Source: Kiritimatiellia bacterium
Lineage (GTDB): Bacteria > Verrucomicrobiota > Kiritimatiellia > RFP12 > UBA1067
Length of the DNA stretch: 64,000 nucleotides
Direction of reading: 5' to 3'
Assembly: GCA_050949565.1 (NCBI GenBank)
Contig: JBMNFY010000002.1
Location: forward strand, 33,367-97,366
Positions 1 through 9,500 of the stretch are shown in pieces (within the stretch, counting starts at the first letter, position 1; each line of letters opens with the position of its first letter). A program made the translations under genes and the position numbers. The notes beneath the pieces were generated by a model that was not told the DNA's origin, made no database searches, and was given only the letters and a program-made list of their open reading frames with translations.

Positions 1-723
1 TACCGGTTGCGGGTTGCCAAGGTTGATGATGGTCAATGTGGCATAAGTGACCGGCTCGCTGGTGTTCCGGTTGAAGGCGCGTGACTCGGCGGCGTTCTCC
101 TCGAATGACGTCAAGACAACCTGCACACCGTTGCTCAGGCTCTCGCCGTACCAGCCCGGCTTGAACAGTGAGCGGTCTTCGTCGTCCAGATGAGGGGTGC
201 GGGATGCGGCGGGACCGGGTGAGTCTATGCGGCCGCCAGGAGCCTGTTGCTTGTACATGTTGACCGCAGCCAAGACCAGCACGAGCAGGCTGGCCGGCAC
301 GCCGACCAGCAGACGGTTACGCACACGGCGGCTCCAGCGGGTTAACTGGACGACTTGCGCGTATCCGCCGGTCGCGAGGGCCGCGACAGCAAACAGGCCC
401 GCGAGAAGGCTCAGCGCAAAGAGCGGCGGCTCTTGGTTCGAGTGGGCGATCAGTTCCGCGATTACGGTGACCATGAACGCGAGAGAGGCAGCCATGACAC
501 ACAGTGCTGAAGCGTTACGCCCATTGGTGCTGCTGCGGGAACTACTACGGTGACGCGAGGAACTGCTCCTTTCGCTGTGCCGGTGCCGATCACTGGTGTG
601 CGTCCGGCCGTGCTCAGCGGTCGCGTGCGAGGAGGAACGGCGGCGCGAAGCATCTTCACGCGAATGCCGGTGCTCCCGTCGGTGTGTGCTGTGCGTGCGG
701 CGATGGAGGCGGGGCATGCTCAT
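1..723 (-). CDS. Hypothetical membrane protein with His/Arg/Ser-rich N-terminus (3' end runs off the window)
   Basis: Not in the ORF track because it is truncated. Manual translation from ATG 723: MSMPRLHRRTHSTHRREHRHSREDASRRRSSSH..., then three hydrophobic segments (ALCVMAASLAFMVTVIA, LFALSLLAGLFAVAALA, LLVGVPASLLVLVLAAV); open to base 1. Its ATG overlaps the larC TGA (ATGA). Confidence 0.75.
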   Translation of the reverse strand, partial: MSMPRLHRRTHSTHRREHRHSREDASRRRSSSHATAEHGRTHTSDRHRHSERSSSSRHRSSSRSSTNGRNASALCVMAASLAFMVTVIAELIAHSNQEPPLFALSLLAGLFAVAALATGGYAQVVQLTRWSRRVRNRLLVGVPASLLVLVLAAVNMYKQQAPGGRIDSPGPAASRTPHLDDEDRSLFKPGWYGESLSNGVQVVLTSFEENAAESRAFNRNTSEPVTYATLTIINLGNPQPV

Positions 724-2108
724 GTCGCTGAGTTCGTTCCGTGAGGATCGGGGTACGTGTCAATGGTGCAGGCGGCTTTAGCCGCGTCGTAAACCTGCCG
801 CGGGGCGATCTGGTGTTCGCGCGCGAGCGCGGCGCAGGCCTCGTGTTCCGGCGCGATGGTGATCGGGCGGCCCTGAAGCGAACCGATCTTGACGGGCACC
901 AGCCCCCACGGGGTGGTCACTTGCTCGATACGCCGTTCCAGTTCGTCGCGCTGGACAGTCCGGCGGCGGACTCCGAAGGTGGTGGTGGCGCGGAAGATCC
1001 ATTCGCACAGTGCGTCGGCACGCGTAGCGTCGGTCAGTACGCTGAGCACCGTGCCGGGGCGTCCCTTTTTCATCACGGCGGGCGTGTGCCAGACATCCAG
1101 AGCTCCGCGTTCCAGCAGGTCGGCGGTCAATGCGCCCAACCATTCGGGGTTGCAGTCGTCAAGATTGCTCTCCAACACCAGCAGGTCACGCGCGGCGGGA
1201 GCGTCGGCCGCTGTCCCGGCGAGCAGTGTGGCGCGCAGGACATTCGGGCGGCTGTTCAGCGTGTGCGAACCGAAGCCGAACGCGCTGCGGACCACCGTGG
1301 CTGTGGTCGGTACTGGATCGAGCGCACGGGTCCAGACGCGAAGCAGGGCGGCGCCGGTGGGCGTGACGAGTTCGAAGGGTTCGTCGGTCTGTGTGACCGT
1401 CATGCCGGCGAGCAGGTGTTGGGTGGCGGGGGCGGGGTTGGGCATCTCGCCGTGGGCGCAGCGGATGGTGCCGATGCCGGCAGGCAACGGACCGCAAGTA
1501 ACACCGCTCACACCGAGTTGGTCGAGCGCGAGGCAGGCACCGACGATATCGGCAACCGAATCCCAGGCACCGACTTCATGGAAGTGGACGGTCTCTGGGG
1601 TTTTTCCGTGGATGGCGGCTTCAGATTCCGCCAACGTCTGAAAGACCTTAAGGGCGAGGTCGCGCGCACGTTCCGGCAGCGGGGCGTCGGTCAGCAGGCG
1701 GGTGATCTCGGTCAGCCCGCGATGCGTGTGGTCATGGGGGTGGGCGTGTTCGTGCCCGTGGTGGTGCTCATGGTCGTGCCCGTGGTGGTGCTCATGGTCG
1801 TGGGCGTGGTTGTGTCCATGATCGTGATGTTTGTGGGAATGCACGTGATCGTGCCCGTGTCCGTGGCTGTCCGCATCGGGCCAGAACGTCTCATCGTGAT
1901 GCGGGTGGTGCGCGGCATGGACCGAGACGCGCAAACCGTTTAGACCCGCGTCGCTGGCGGGTTCGATATGGAAGTGCAACGGCTCGGGGAAAAACGCGCC
2001 GATCGTCTGCTCGATCGCTTGCATGTCCGCGCCCAAGGCGGCCAATGCCGAGAGAATCATGTCGCCGCTGGCACCGCCGACACTGTCAAACCGCAGGAAG
2101 TGTTTCAT
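720..2108 (-). CDS. larC: Nickel-pincer cofactor biosynthesis protein LarC (nickel insertase)
   Basis: GASGDMILSAL N-terminus, poly-His/Asp linker, VHFHEVGAWDS, ELVTPTGAA, LESNLDD, MKKGRPG, TTTFGVR motifs. Confidence 0.95.
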   Translation of the reverse strand: MKHFLRFDSVGGASGDMILSALAALGADMQAIEQTIGAFFPEPLHFHIEPASDAGLNGLRVSVHAAHHPHHDETFWPDADSHGHGHDHVHSHKHHDHGHNHAHDHEHHHGHDHEHHHGHEHAHPHDHTHRGLTEITRLLTDAPLPERARDLALKVFQTLAESEAAIHGKTPETVHFHEVGAWDSVADIVGACLALDQLGVSGVTCGPLPAGIGTIRCAHGEMPNPAPATQHLLAGMTVTQTDEPFELVTPTGAALLRVWTRALDPVPTTATVVRSAFGFGSHTLNSRPNVLRATLLAGTAADAPAARDLLVLESNLDDCNPEWLGALTADLLERGALDVWHTPAVMKKGRPGTVLSVLTDATRADALCEWIFRATTTFGVRRRTVQRDELERRIEQVTTPWGLVPVKIGSLQGRPITIAPEHEACAALAREHQIAPRQVYDAAKAACTIDTYPDPHGTNSAT

Positions 2109-2114
2109 GCCTGT

Positions 2115-2143
2115 AGCTTAACGGGGCGGCGCGGTAGGATCAA
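2115..2143 (-). promoter_or_regulatory. Putative sigma70 promoter for a leaderless larC transcript
   Basis: Minus strand TTGATC-N17-TAAGCT, then 6 nt to the larC ATG; no Shine-Dalgarno. Confidence 0.5.
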
Positions 2144-2258
2144 TCCCAAAAAAGGAGGAATTAGGAATTAGGATTTAGGAGGTTTGGACGCTGAGAGTCG
2201 AGCGTTTCTTATCCCTTCCGGTACTGCAAGTCAGGCGAACGGATTTTGCGCCGGTATC

Positions 2259-4904
2259 TTACTCTCCATCGAGGGACGATTCGATGAAGCGCAGATTCAC
2301 GCGCAGCGGAACCGGTTCCGTGTTGTCCGAGGTGAAGGACACGCCCACGGTGTCACCCTTTGCAAACGACGCGCGCGGGATATCCTCGAGGTCCACTTCG
2401 CGCAGTAACTCGTGGCGCGCGTTGTAGACGGTCGCTAGCGAAACCCGGTGTGGAATCGTCACATACTCGCCAGATGCGAGTGTGGTTTTTATGCGGATCT
2501 TGCTGCGGCGATTGCCCCAGCAGTAGTGCGCTACCGGGTTGACCACCGGGCTACTGTTTTCGGGCACACGCATGACGAAAAGCGGCACGGTCATCGCCCA
2601 TTTGCGGTTGTCGACCGGCGACGTAACCTCGAAATCCACCGGTTTCGCCGACACCCCCGCCGTGAGGTCGTCCGTGATGCACCAGCGTTCGCACTGCCCG
2701 GAGGCGTGGACCCACTCCCGGTCGATCGAGCGCGGCATCACGGCGGTGCCTGCGCCGAACGCCTTGACCGGTGCTGCGGAAGCGGGCAACTCCTCAAACC
2801 GGTCGCCCTTCCATCTGCGCACGAAAGAAAGCGTAAACTTTCCGCCCTCCCGTTTCAGTTCCCACAGCGTGTCTGTCTGGCGCATGAGCCGCTTTTCACT
2901 TTCGGTGAACGCGCCGACACGGCGGGCATCCTCCCACAGGCGGATGCGCTCGCACTTCTCGTAAGTCTTCGGCAGACCGAACTGGAAGTCCACGCCCGCA
3001 TCGTGACCGGCGGCGAACGCCATGATCCAGTCGATGTCCTCGAGTGAGCAGGAATCGGGATAATACTGGCCGAGCTTGTTCGGATAGTTATTGCGGCGCA
3101 GGTCCAGTTGGTGTTGGAGGCGCGTTTCAAGCTGCGAGCCGCGAATGCCGCGTTTCAGGTCGTGTTCGCCCCAGCTTTGGGTGGTGAAGATATGCCAGGT
3201 GTAGTGCGTCATCCGGCTGCCGACGAACGTCACGTTCTCCTTGGGCAGGTGGTCGAAGATCGTCCGGATAAAGCGATTGACGGAGTAGTTGCTGTTGCCG
3301 CTACGGTCCGCACACTCCACACCGTCGAGGATGATGTTACCCATGCCGCCCCGCTTCGCGGCAGCGGCGATGTTCACTGCCACCTCGCCGATCATTTCGT
3401 CGGTGCCGGGCATCAGGGAGTCGTAATGGTCATAGCCGTCCAGCCGCGTCACCCGCGTTCCGACCGGATGCGCCCGGATCGTGCTGCCGTAGAAACCTCG
3501 CTCGCAGTCACCTAACACGACCTCGGTATCGTTGGTCGCCGCGGTGCGGTACACGACCAGTTCCCCGTCGATGTCGAGAAAACGGCGCGGCGTGGGCCGG
3601 TTCCCCAAGCTTTTTACCTTCTCGTCTACGATTTCCGCATTGATCACGAAGAGCGAGAAAGTCTTCGGGTTCTTGGCGAGGCGGATTTCGTTATCTGCCA
3701 CGCCCGCCGGGAGTGGCGGATCAGCCCAGAAGACATAATTGAAGGTGTCGCGCGTCTTCACACCCTCCGGGCCGGGGAGCGCGCGCGTGAGTGTGGTCGT
3801 GGTATCTACATAGCGGTTGAAACGCGGGTCGAGCTTCGGAGCGATGAACGGCTCCGGCAGCCGGAATGCGCGCGTGAAGGTGGAGAGCGTGTAGGCCGTG
3901 GTGCGGATACCGTGCGCGCGCGCCTTGTCCGAGCATGTTTTCAAGCCTTCCCATCCAGCTTTGAAGGCGACGGGATCGGGCTCGAAATGGCCCCAGTTAC
4001 CGAAGCAGTTGTAGCGTGAGAGCACGCGGATGCCGGTGACGCGGGCGGCCTTGATCCAGGCGTCAATAGAGGTGTCGTCGTAATTGACCCAGAAGGCCGA
4101 CTCATTCGCGCGCGGCGATTTCTTGGCCCACACGCCGTCGATTGTCGGATACGGCAGACCTTCAGCGCGGACGATCTCCTCCACGAGATCCAACTCGCGG
4201 TCTTTGGTCGGGTCGGCGACGCCCCACAATGCGATCGCCCCGCCGACCGTTCCTGCCTCCTTTGCTGGCGCAGAGATGAAGTGGCCGTAATTGTAACGTA
4301 CCGGCCGCGTGTGATCGATCGTCGAGAGCGTCAGCATGCCGCCGGGTTTCTCGCCATCGCAAAAACAGGCGGCGCGATCATTGCCATCCGTGCCGATGCC
4401 GAGCGAAAGCGCACCGATGGCAAAATCCTTGTTCCGCACGACACCGAGATACCGGCCCACCGTATCGTGGAGCGTGGTGGGGTACGGCCCCCAATTCACG
4501 ACGGCGATGCCGACGGGCGATGTCGCCTCCACAATTTCCAGCCGCAGATAGCGGCCCCGGTTTTCGATCCGGACCGAGACCGCCGCATCGTTGTCAAACT
4601 CGATTCCCCAGACCTTGCCCTTCCCGCGCGCCCCGACAATGGGCACCATCCGCTTAGGCACGAGCGTTTGGCCGGACACCTTCCAGCACTCCCCGTCCTT
4701 CTCGTACTCCCGAATGGTGATGAGAAACCCGGGTTCATCCGGGTGCAGGCGGTTCACACCGGCACCGGAAAGCTCGGTGATCCGGCCGGAACCGTCCACC
4801 GCGATACCGAGTCCGGTAGACGTCTTTTCCCGCAACGTTTCGGACGCGACGGCAACGCCAACTGCGAGAGTGGCCATCGTGATAACTGTGACGAGTTGTT
4901 TCAT
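2259..4904 (-). CDS. Large secreted hypothetical protein, probably glycoside-hydrolase-like
   Basis: 907-aa ORF; probable start MKQLVTVITMATLAVGVAVA (signal peptide) at 4904. Aromatic/acidic TIM-barrel-like core (FGNWGHF, IILDGVE, QSWGE). Family not recognised. Confidence 0.6.
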   Translation of the reverse strand: MKQLVTVITMATLAVGVAVASETLREKTSTGLGIAVDGSGRITELSGAGVNRLHPDEPGFLITIREYEKDGECWKVSGQTLVPKRMVPIVGARGKGKVWGIEFDNDAAVSVRIENRGRYLRLEIVEATSPVGIAVVNWGPYPTTLHDTVGRYLGVVRNKDFAIGALSLGIGTDGNDRAACFCDGEKPGGMLTLSTIDHTRPVRYNYGHFISAPAKEAGTVGGAIALWGVADPTKDRELDLVEEIVRAEGLPYPTIDGVWAKKSPRANESAFWVNYDDTSIDAWIKAARVTGIRVLSRYNCFGNWGHFEPDPVAFKAGWEGLKTCSDKARAHGIRTTAYTLSTFTRAFRLPEPFIAPKLDPRFNRYVDTTTTLTRALPGPEGVKTRDTFNYVFWADPPLPAGVADNEIRLAKNPKTFSLFVINAEIVDEKVKSLGNRPTPRRFLDIDGELVVYRTAATNDTEVVLGDCERGFYGSTIRAHPVGTRVTRLDGYDHYDSLMPGTDEMIGEVAVNIAAAAKRGGMGNIILDGVECADRSGNSNYSVNRFIRTIFDHLPKENVTFVGSRMTHYTWHIFTTQSWGEHDLKRGIRGSQLETRLQHQLDLRRNNYPNKLGQYYPDSCSLEDIDWIMAFAAGHDAGVDFQFGLPKTYEKCERIRLWEDARRVGAFTESEKRLMRQTDTLWELKREGGKFTLSFVRRWKGDRFEELPASAAPVKAFGAGTAVMPRSIDREWVHASGQCERWCITDDLTAGVSAKPVDFEVTSPVDNRKWAMTVPLFVMRVPENSSPVVNPVAHYCWGNRRSKIRIKTTLASGEYVTIPHRVSLATVYNARHELLREVDLEDIPRASFAKGDTVGVSFTSDNTEPVPLRVNLRFIESSLDGE

Positions 4905-5019
4905 ACGAATCATTCCGCGCGCATAAAGCCCGATCAACAATATCCCGACAGAGCAAAGCATATGCAGCGTTCCTGGTTTCATCTACGTGCTCTCCTTCTG
5001 TCTTTGGGCACTCACTCTC

Positions 5020-5096
5020 AAAAAGCGGCGTCGTGCAGAATACTGCTTGTCTCCAAATTCGTTAGCCAGACTTGCGAGAACGCTCAAAGTTCAACG
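5020..5096. repeat. REP-like palindromic family B, copy 1
   Basis: AAAAGCGGCGTCGTGCAGAATACTGCTTGTCTCCAAATT is a degenerate reverse complement of 42487-42531 and resembles 12095-12212. Confidence 0.7.
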
Positions 5097-5175
5097 AAAA
5101 AGCGTCGCGCCGCTGTGCCATTCCGACACTCAGCGATGCGACGCCTTTTAGCAATCTACGGCTAATCAAAGACCG

Positions 5176-6289
5176 TTACTTCGCGCTTTTGTTCGTGCCG
5201 CGGCCTTTGGTGCCGGCCGCCTTGGCGGCGTTGGCCTTGGCCTTTTCGCACGGACGCAGCTTGCGCACGGCCGCGCCGGCCTGCCACATCTCGGATTCGC
5301 GCATCGCCTTCAACTCGGCATCCAGCTTATCCTTGTAGTCGGGAGTACCGCAGGCCTTGATCACGCGGCGTGCCTCCTTCTGGCTCTTAACGGCCTCGTA
5401 GAGATCCTTAAAGACCGGCATGACCGCCTTCTTGAACTTCGGCCGCCAGTCGAGCGCACCGCGCTGCGCCGTCGCCGAACAGTTGCAATACATCCAGTCC
5501 ATGCCGTTCTCATCGACCAGGCGGATGAGGCTCTGGGTGAGTTCCTCGACCGTCTCGTTGAAGGCTTCGGAGGGGCTGTGGCCGTTTTTGCGCAGCACAT
5601 CGTACTGGGCTTCCATGATAGCCGCCAACGCACCCATCAGCGCACCGCGCTCGCCGACCAAGTCAGAGGTGACCTCGTGCTCGAAGGTGGTTTCGAAGAG
5701 GTAGCCGGAGCCGATCGCGATACCGATCGACAGCGCGCGGTCGCGCGCTTTGCCGGTCGCGTCCTCCGCCTATGGCGTAGCTGGAGTTGATGCCGACACC
5801 CGCGAGGAAGTTGCGGCGCACCGAGGTGCCCGAACCCTTCGGAGCGACCATGATCACATCGACCCCTTTACCGGGCTTAACGCCCGTCAGATTGTTGTAG
5901 ATGTAGCCGAAGCCGTGGGAGAAGTAAAGCGCCTTGCCTTCGGTCATGAAGGGCGCGATACGCGGCCACACCTGCTTGATCGCGGCGTCGTTGACCAGCA
6001 TCATGATGATCGTGGCCTTTTCGCAAGCCTCTTCAATATCGAAGAGCGTCTTGCCCGGCTTGAAGCCGTCCTTCACCGCGCGGTTCCAGTCGGTTTCGAA
6101 CCGCTTGTCCTGCCCGATGATGACCTCGATGCCGTTATCGCGCATGTTGAGCGACTGCGCCGGACCCTGCACGCCATAGCCGATGACAGCGATGACCTCG
6201 TCCTTGAGATGTTTCTGCGCTTTCTTCAACGGATATTCTTTACGTGTGGTAACGTCCTCTACAACACCGCCAAAATCGATCTTTGCCAT
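5176..6289 (-). CDS. ilvC: Ketol-acid reductoisomerase, split by a +1 frameshift near 5770
   Basis: IAVIGYGVQGPAQSLNMRD and VAPKGSGTSVR in ORF 5663-6289. Removing one G in ATAGGCGGAGGAC restores SSYAIAEDATGKA...FETTFEHEVTSDLVGERGALMG and joins ORF 5176-5661. Confidence 0.95.
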
Positions 6290-6369
6290 ATCAATTACTC
6301 CTCGGTTTGAATGCCGCCCGTGCTGTCCGTCCCAGACAATGGCACCACAAGGCGTGAAAACGAACGTGT

Positions 6370-6449
6370 ATCATAACACCTTGCGTCCGTGGTGCAAGTG
6401 CTTTGTTTGCGATGGCGCGTTGACTTGATCTTCCCCGGAAGGATATACT
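6370..6449. promoter_or_regulatory. Divergent sigma70 promoters (ilvC leftward, CotH gene rightward)
   Basis: Minus: TTGCAC(6397-6392)-N16-TATGAT(6375-6370) with TG extension. Plus: TTGACT(6420-6425)-N18-TATACT(6444-6449), implying the CotH gene starts after about 6455. Confidence 0.6.
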
Positions 6450-6502
6450 TAATGCCTGAAGGGAACGGTGTTTTCACATCGGCTGTCATGCAAAGGGTAG
6501 CT

Positions 6503-9500
6503 ATGAGTGACTGTTCAGAGCGCTGGCGAACCTTGCCGGGTACGAAGGCGGTGCCGCACGTTCGGGTGCGCGCCTTGGCGTGCCTTTCCCTGATGGTCTG
6601 CACGGCGTGCCCGCTGCTCGGCCAAGTCGTGATCAACGAGATATCGGCGGCCAACTCCGACCGGCAGTTGAGACGGACGGGGGACGGCTATCCCGTATTG
6701 GGGACCACGCCCTCTTGGTATGCGGATGCGTTTGACGACAGCCACTGGAAGGAGTCGAAAGGCCCGTTCGGATTCGGCGCGTTCAGCGGCGTCAGCTTCG
6801 GCCTGAATGTGTCGGGTCTGATGCAGGGCAGGGTGCCCTCGCTCTATGTGCGCAAGTCCTTTCCCGTCACCATCAGTCAGGCGTCCTCGACCGCCCGGCT
6901 CGAACTAGTGACGCGCTTTAACGATGGATTCATCGCTTTTCTGAATGGCGTGGAGGTGGCCCGGCGCAACATGGGTAATCCCGGCATGTACGCCTACCGC
7001 GACCAGACCGCGTTCAACACCGGTCCCTCCGATGCACCGGCCACGGTCATTGATCTGGGGGCCGCCAACACGCGCCTGCGCGCCGGCACGAACCGGCTTT
7101 GCATCCAGACTCACAACAAATCCGTGACCAGCGGCGACTTTCTCTCTCTGGCGGATCTGCGCATCTCCGGCTCGCCGGCCGTCACCCTCGTCGCGAACAC
7201 GGACGTCTGGCGTTACTTCGCAGGCGTGGCCGAGCCCTCGGGTGGACTCATCGATTACGGCATCATCGACGGAGTGCCGCAGACGGCGACGTGGGCGATG
7301 CTGGAGTACAATGATTCCTCGTGGCCTGAAGCCTACGGTGCCTTTGGTTATGAGCGTTCAGGCGGTTTGGTGCTCGGCACAAACCTGTTGAGCGAGATGT
7401 ACGGCATTACGCCCTCGCTCTATGTTCGTACCCTGTTCACCGCTACACCGGCTGAGGCCGCCTCCAGCGAGCCGCTCCGGCTCACGCTCGACTACGACGA
7501 CGCCATCATCGTCTATCTCAACGGCCGCGAGATCGCCCGGAGGAATGTGGGCGTCGTCAACACGATCACCCCCCACTCGGAGTTTGCCCGCTCCAGTCAC
7601 GGTGCCAGCGAGGATGGCGGCGCTATAGAGGTGGTGACTCTCGGTCCCGCCAACACTCTGCTGGCCGGTGGTGACAATGTGCTCGCCCTGCAGATCCATA
7701 ACAACAGCCTGACCAGCTCCGATCTGATCGGACGCGCCACGCTTGAAACGACCGGCGCGACCCCGCGCACGCTGGCGCGCCCCACAGACCTTGGCCGTTT
7801 CTTTGTCGGTACACGCGAGCCGCAAGCTCCGTCCGGCGATGAGGAGGACGAGACCGATATCGAGGAGGACGCGCCTGATTCGGAGAGCGACTGGATTGAG
7901 TTGTACAACACCAGCGGCGAGCCGGTCAACCTGACCGGCTGGTCGCTGACCGACGATGCCGACAAGCCGCGCAAATGGTATTTCCCGGCCGGCAGCAGCA
8001 TCCCGGCCGGCGGCTATCTGGTTGTAATGGCCACCGGGTTCAACATCGGGCCAGCCGATGGCGCGACCTACCTGCACACCAACTTCAAACTCAGCAAGGC
8101 TGGCGAGTATGTCGGCCTGGTGGATGCCAACGGCGCGGTGGTCAGCGCGATCGCGCCGGCGTATCCCCGCCAACTTGCATTCTACGTGTACGCCCGAAAC
8201 CCCTTCGGCTCGTATGTGTACTGCGATACCGCCACACCCGGCGCTGCGAATGCGGGCACGGCTTTTTCTGCCATCACTCCGCCGCCGGTCTTCAGTCACT
8301 TGGGCGGATTTCACGCCGCCTCGTTCCCGTTGCAACTCGCCTCGCCCGATCCGGCGGCCGTCATCCGCTATACCACCGACGGACGGGTTCCCAGCGAGAC
8401 GGCCGGTACCGTCTACAGCGCGCCGATCACGCTGACAGCCGCGACCACTGTGCGCGCCCGCTGCTTCAAGAACGGCGAGATCCCGTCCGACACCGTCACG
8501 CACACATTCCTTATTGCGCAGTCTGCGGCACGTCAGACTTTGCCGGCGCTCTGCTTCTCCGGTGATCCTGAACTGACCTTCTACGGCCCGAACGCCAGCG
8601 GCGGTCCTGTCAATGGTGAGGGGATCTTGTCTATCAAGGGCGGCGGCTACGTGAGATGATAAATGGGACAACCAGGGTGACATGAGCGCCTTCAACATGC
8701 CGCTACAGAACGGCCGGCACTCCGAACGCCCGGCCGGCTTCGAGTACTACCCGCTCAGCGGCGTGGCGTTGCGCACCGAGGTCGGGCTGCGTCTCTCCGG
8801 CAGCAACCATGCCCGCCCGCGCTACCGAGTTGTCTTCCGCCCCTTCGGCCAGTTTTTCAGCCACCGACTACAAAAGAAAGCCCTCGTTCAACTACTACTT
8901 CCGCAACGAGCTGGGCGAGTCGCCCCAGAACTATGCCTTCTTCCCGGAGAGCCCCGTGACGCTGTTCGAGGACATGCGCCTACGCGCCGGAAAAAACGAC
9001 ATCTCCAATCCGTTCATCAAGGACGAGCTGATGCGGCGCATCTTCATCGGAACCGGCCAAAAGGGCTCGCGCGGCACCTTTGTCTCGCTCTACATCAACG
9101 GCGTGTGGAAGGGTTACTACAACCTCTGCGAACATCTGCGTGAAGCCTTCATGCAACAGCAACATGGCAGCGCCGCACTCTGGGATGTGGTGCAGGTGGG
9201 ATCCTTCGCCAGCGGTGACGCGATTCATTGGAACAGCACCCTCGCTTTTCTGCGCACCAGCGATCTGACGGTGCCCGCCAACTACGCCATGGCTCAAGAG
9301 CGCGTCGATGTCGACAACATCGCCGACTATGTGATGGTAAACGCTTACGCCGCGATGTGGGACTGGCCCAACAACAACTGGGTGGCGGCGCGCGAGCGTT
9401 CTCCGCAAGGCCGTTGGCGTTTCTACATGTGGGACGCCGAGGGCGGTTTCGGTTCCGACAACCGCAATCCTGCCACCTACGACAGTTTCATCGGCGACCG

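Noticed and set aside
1740-1870. 24-bp tandem DNA repeats in larC
   Set aside because: They encode the known His-rich LarC linker (HDHEHHHG).
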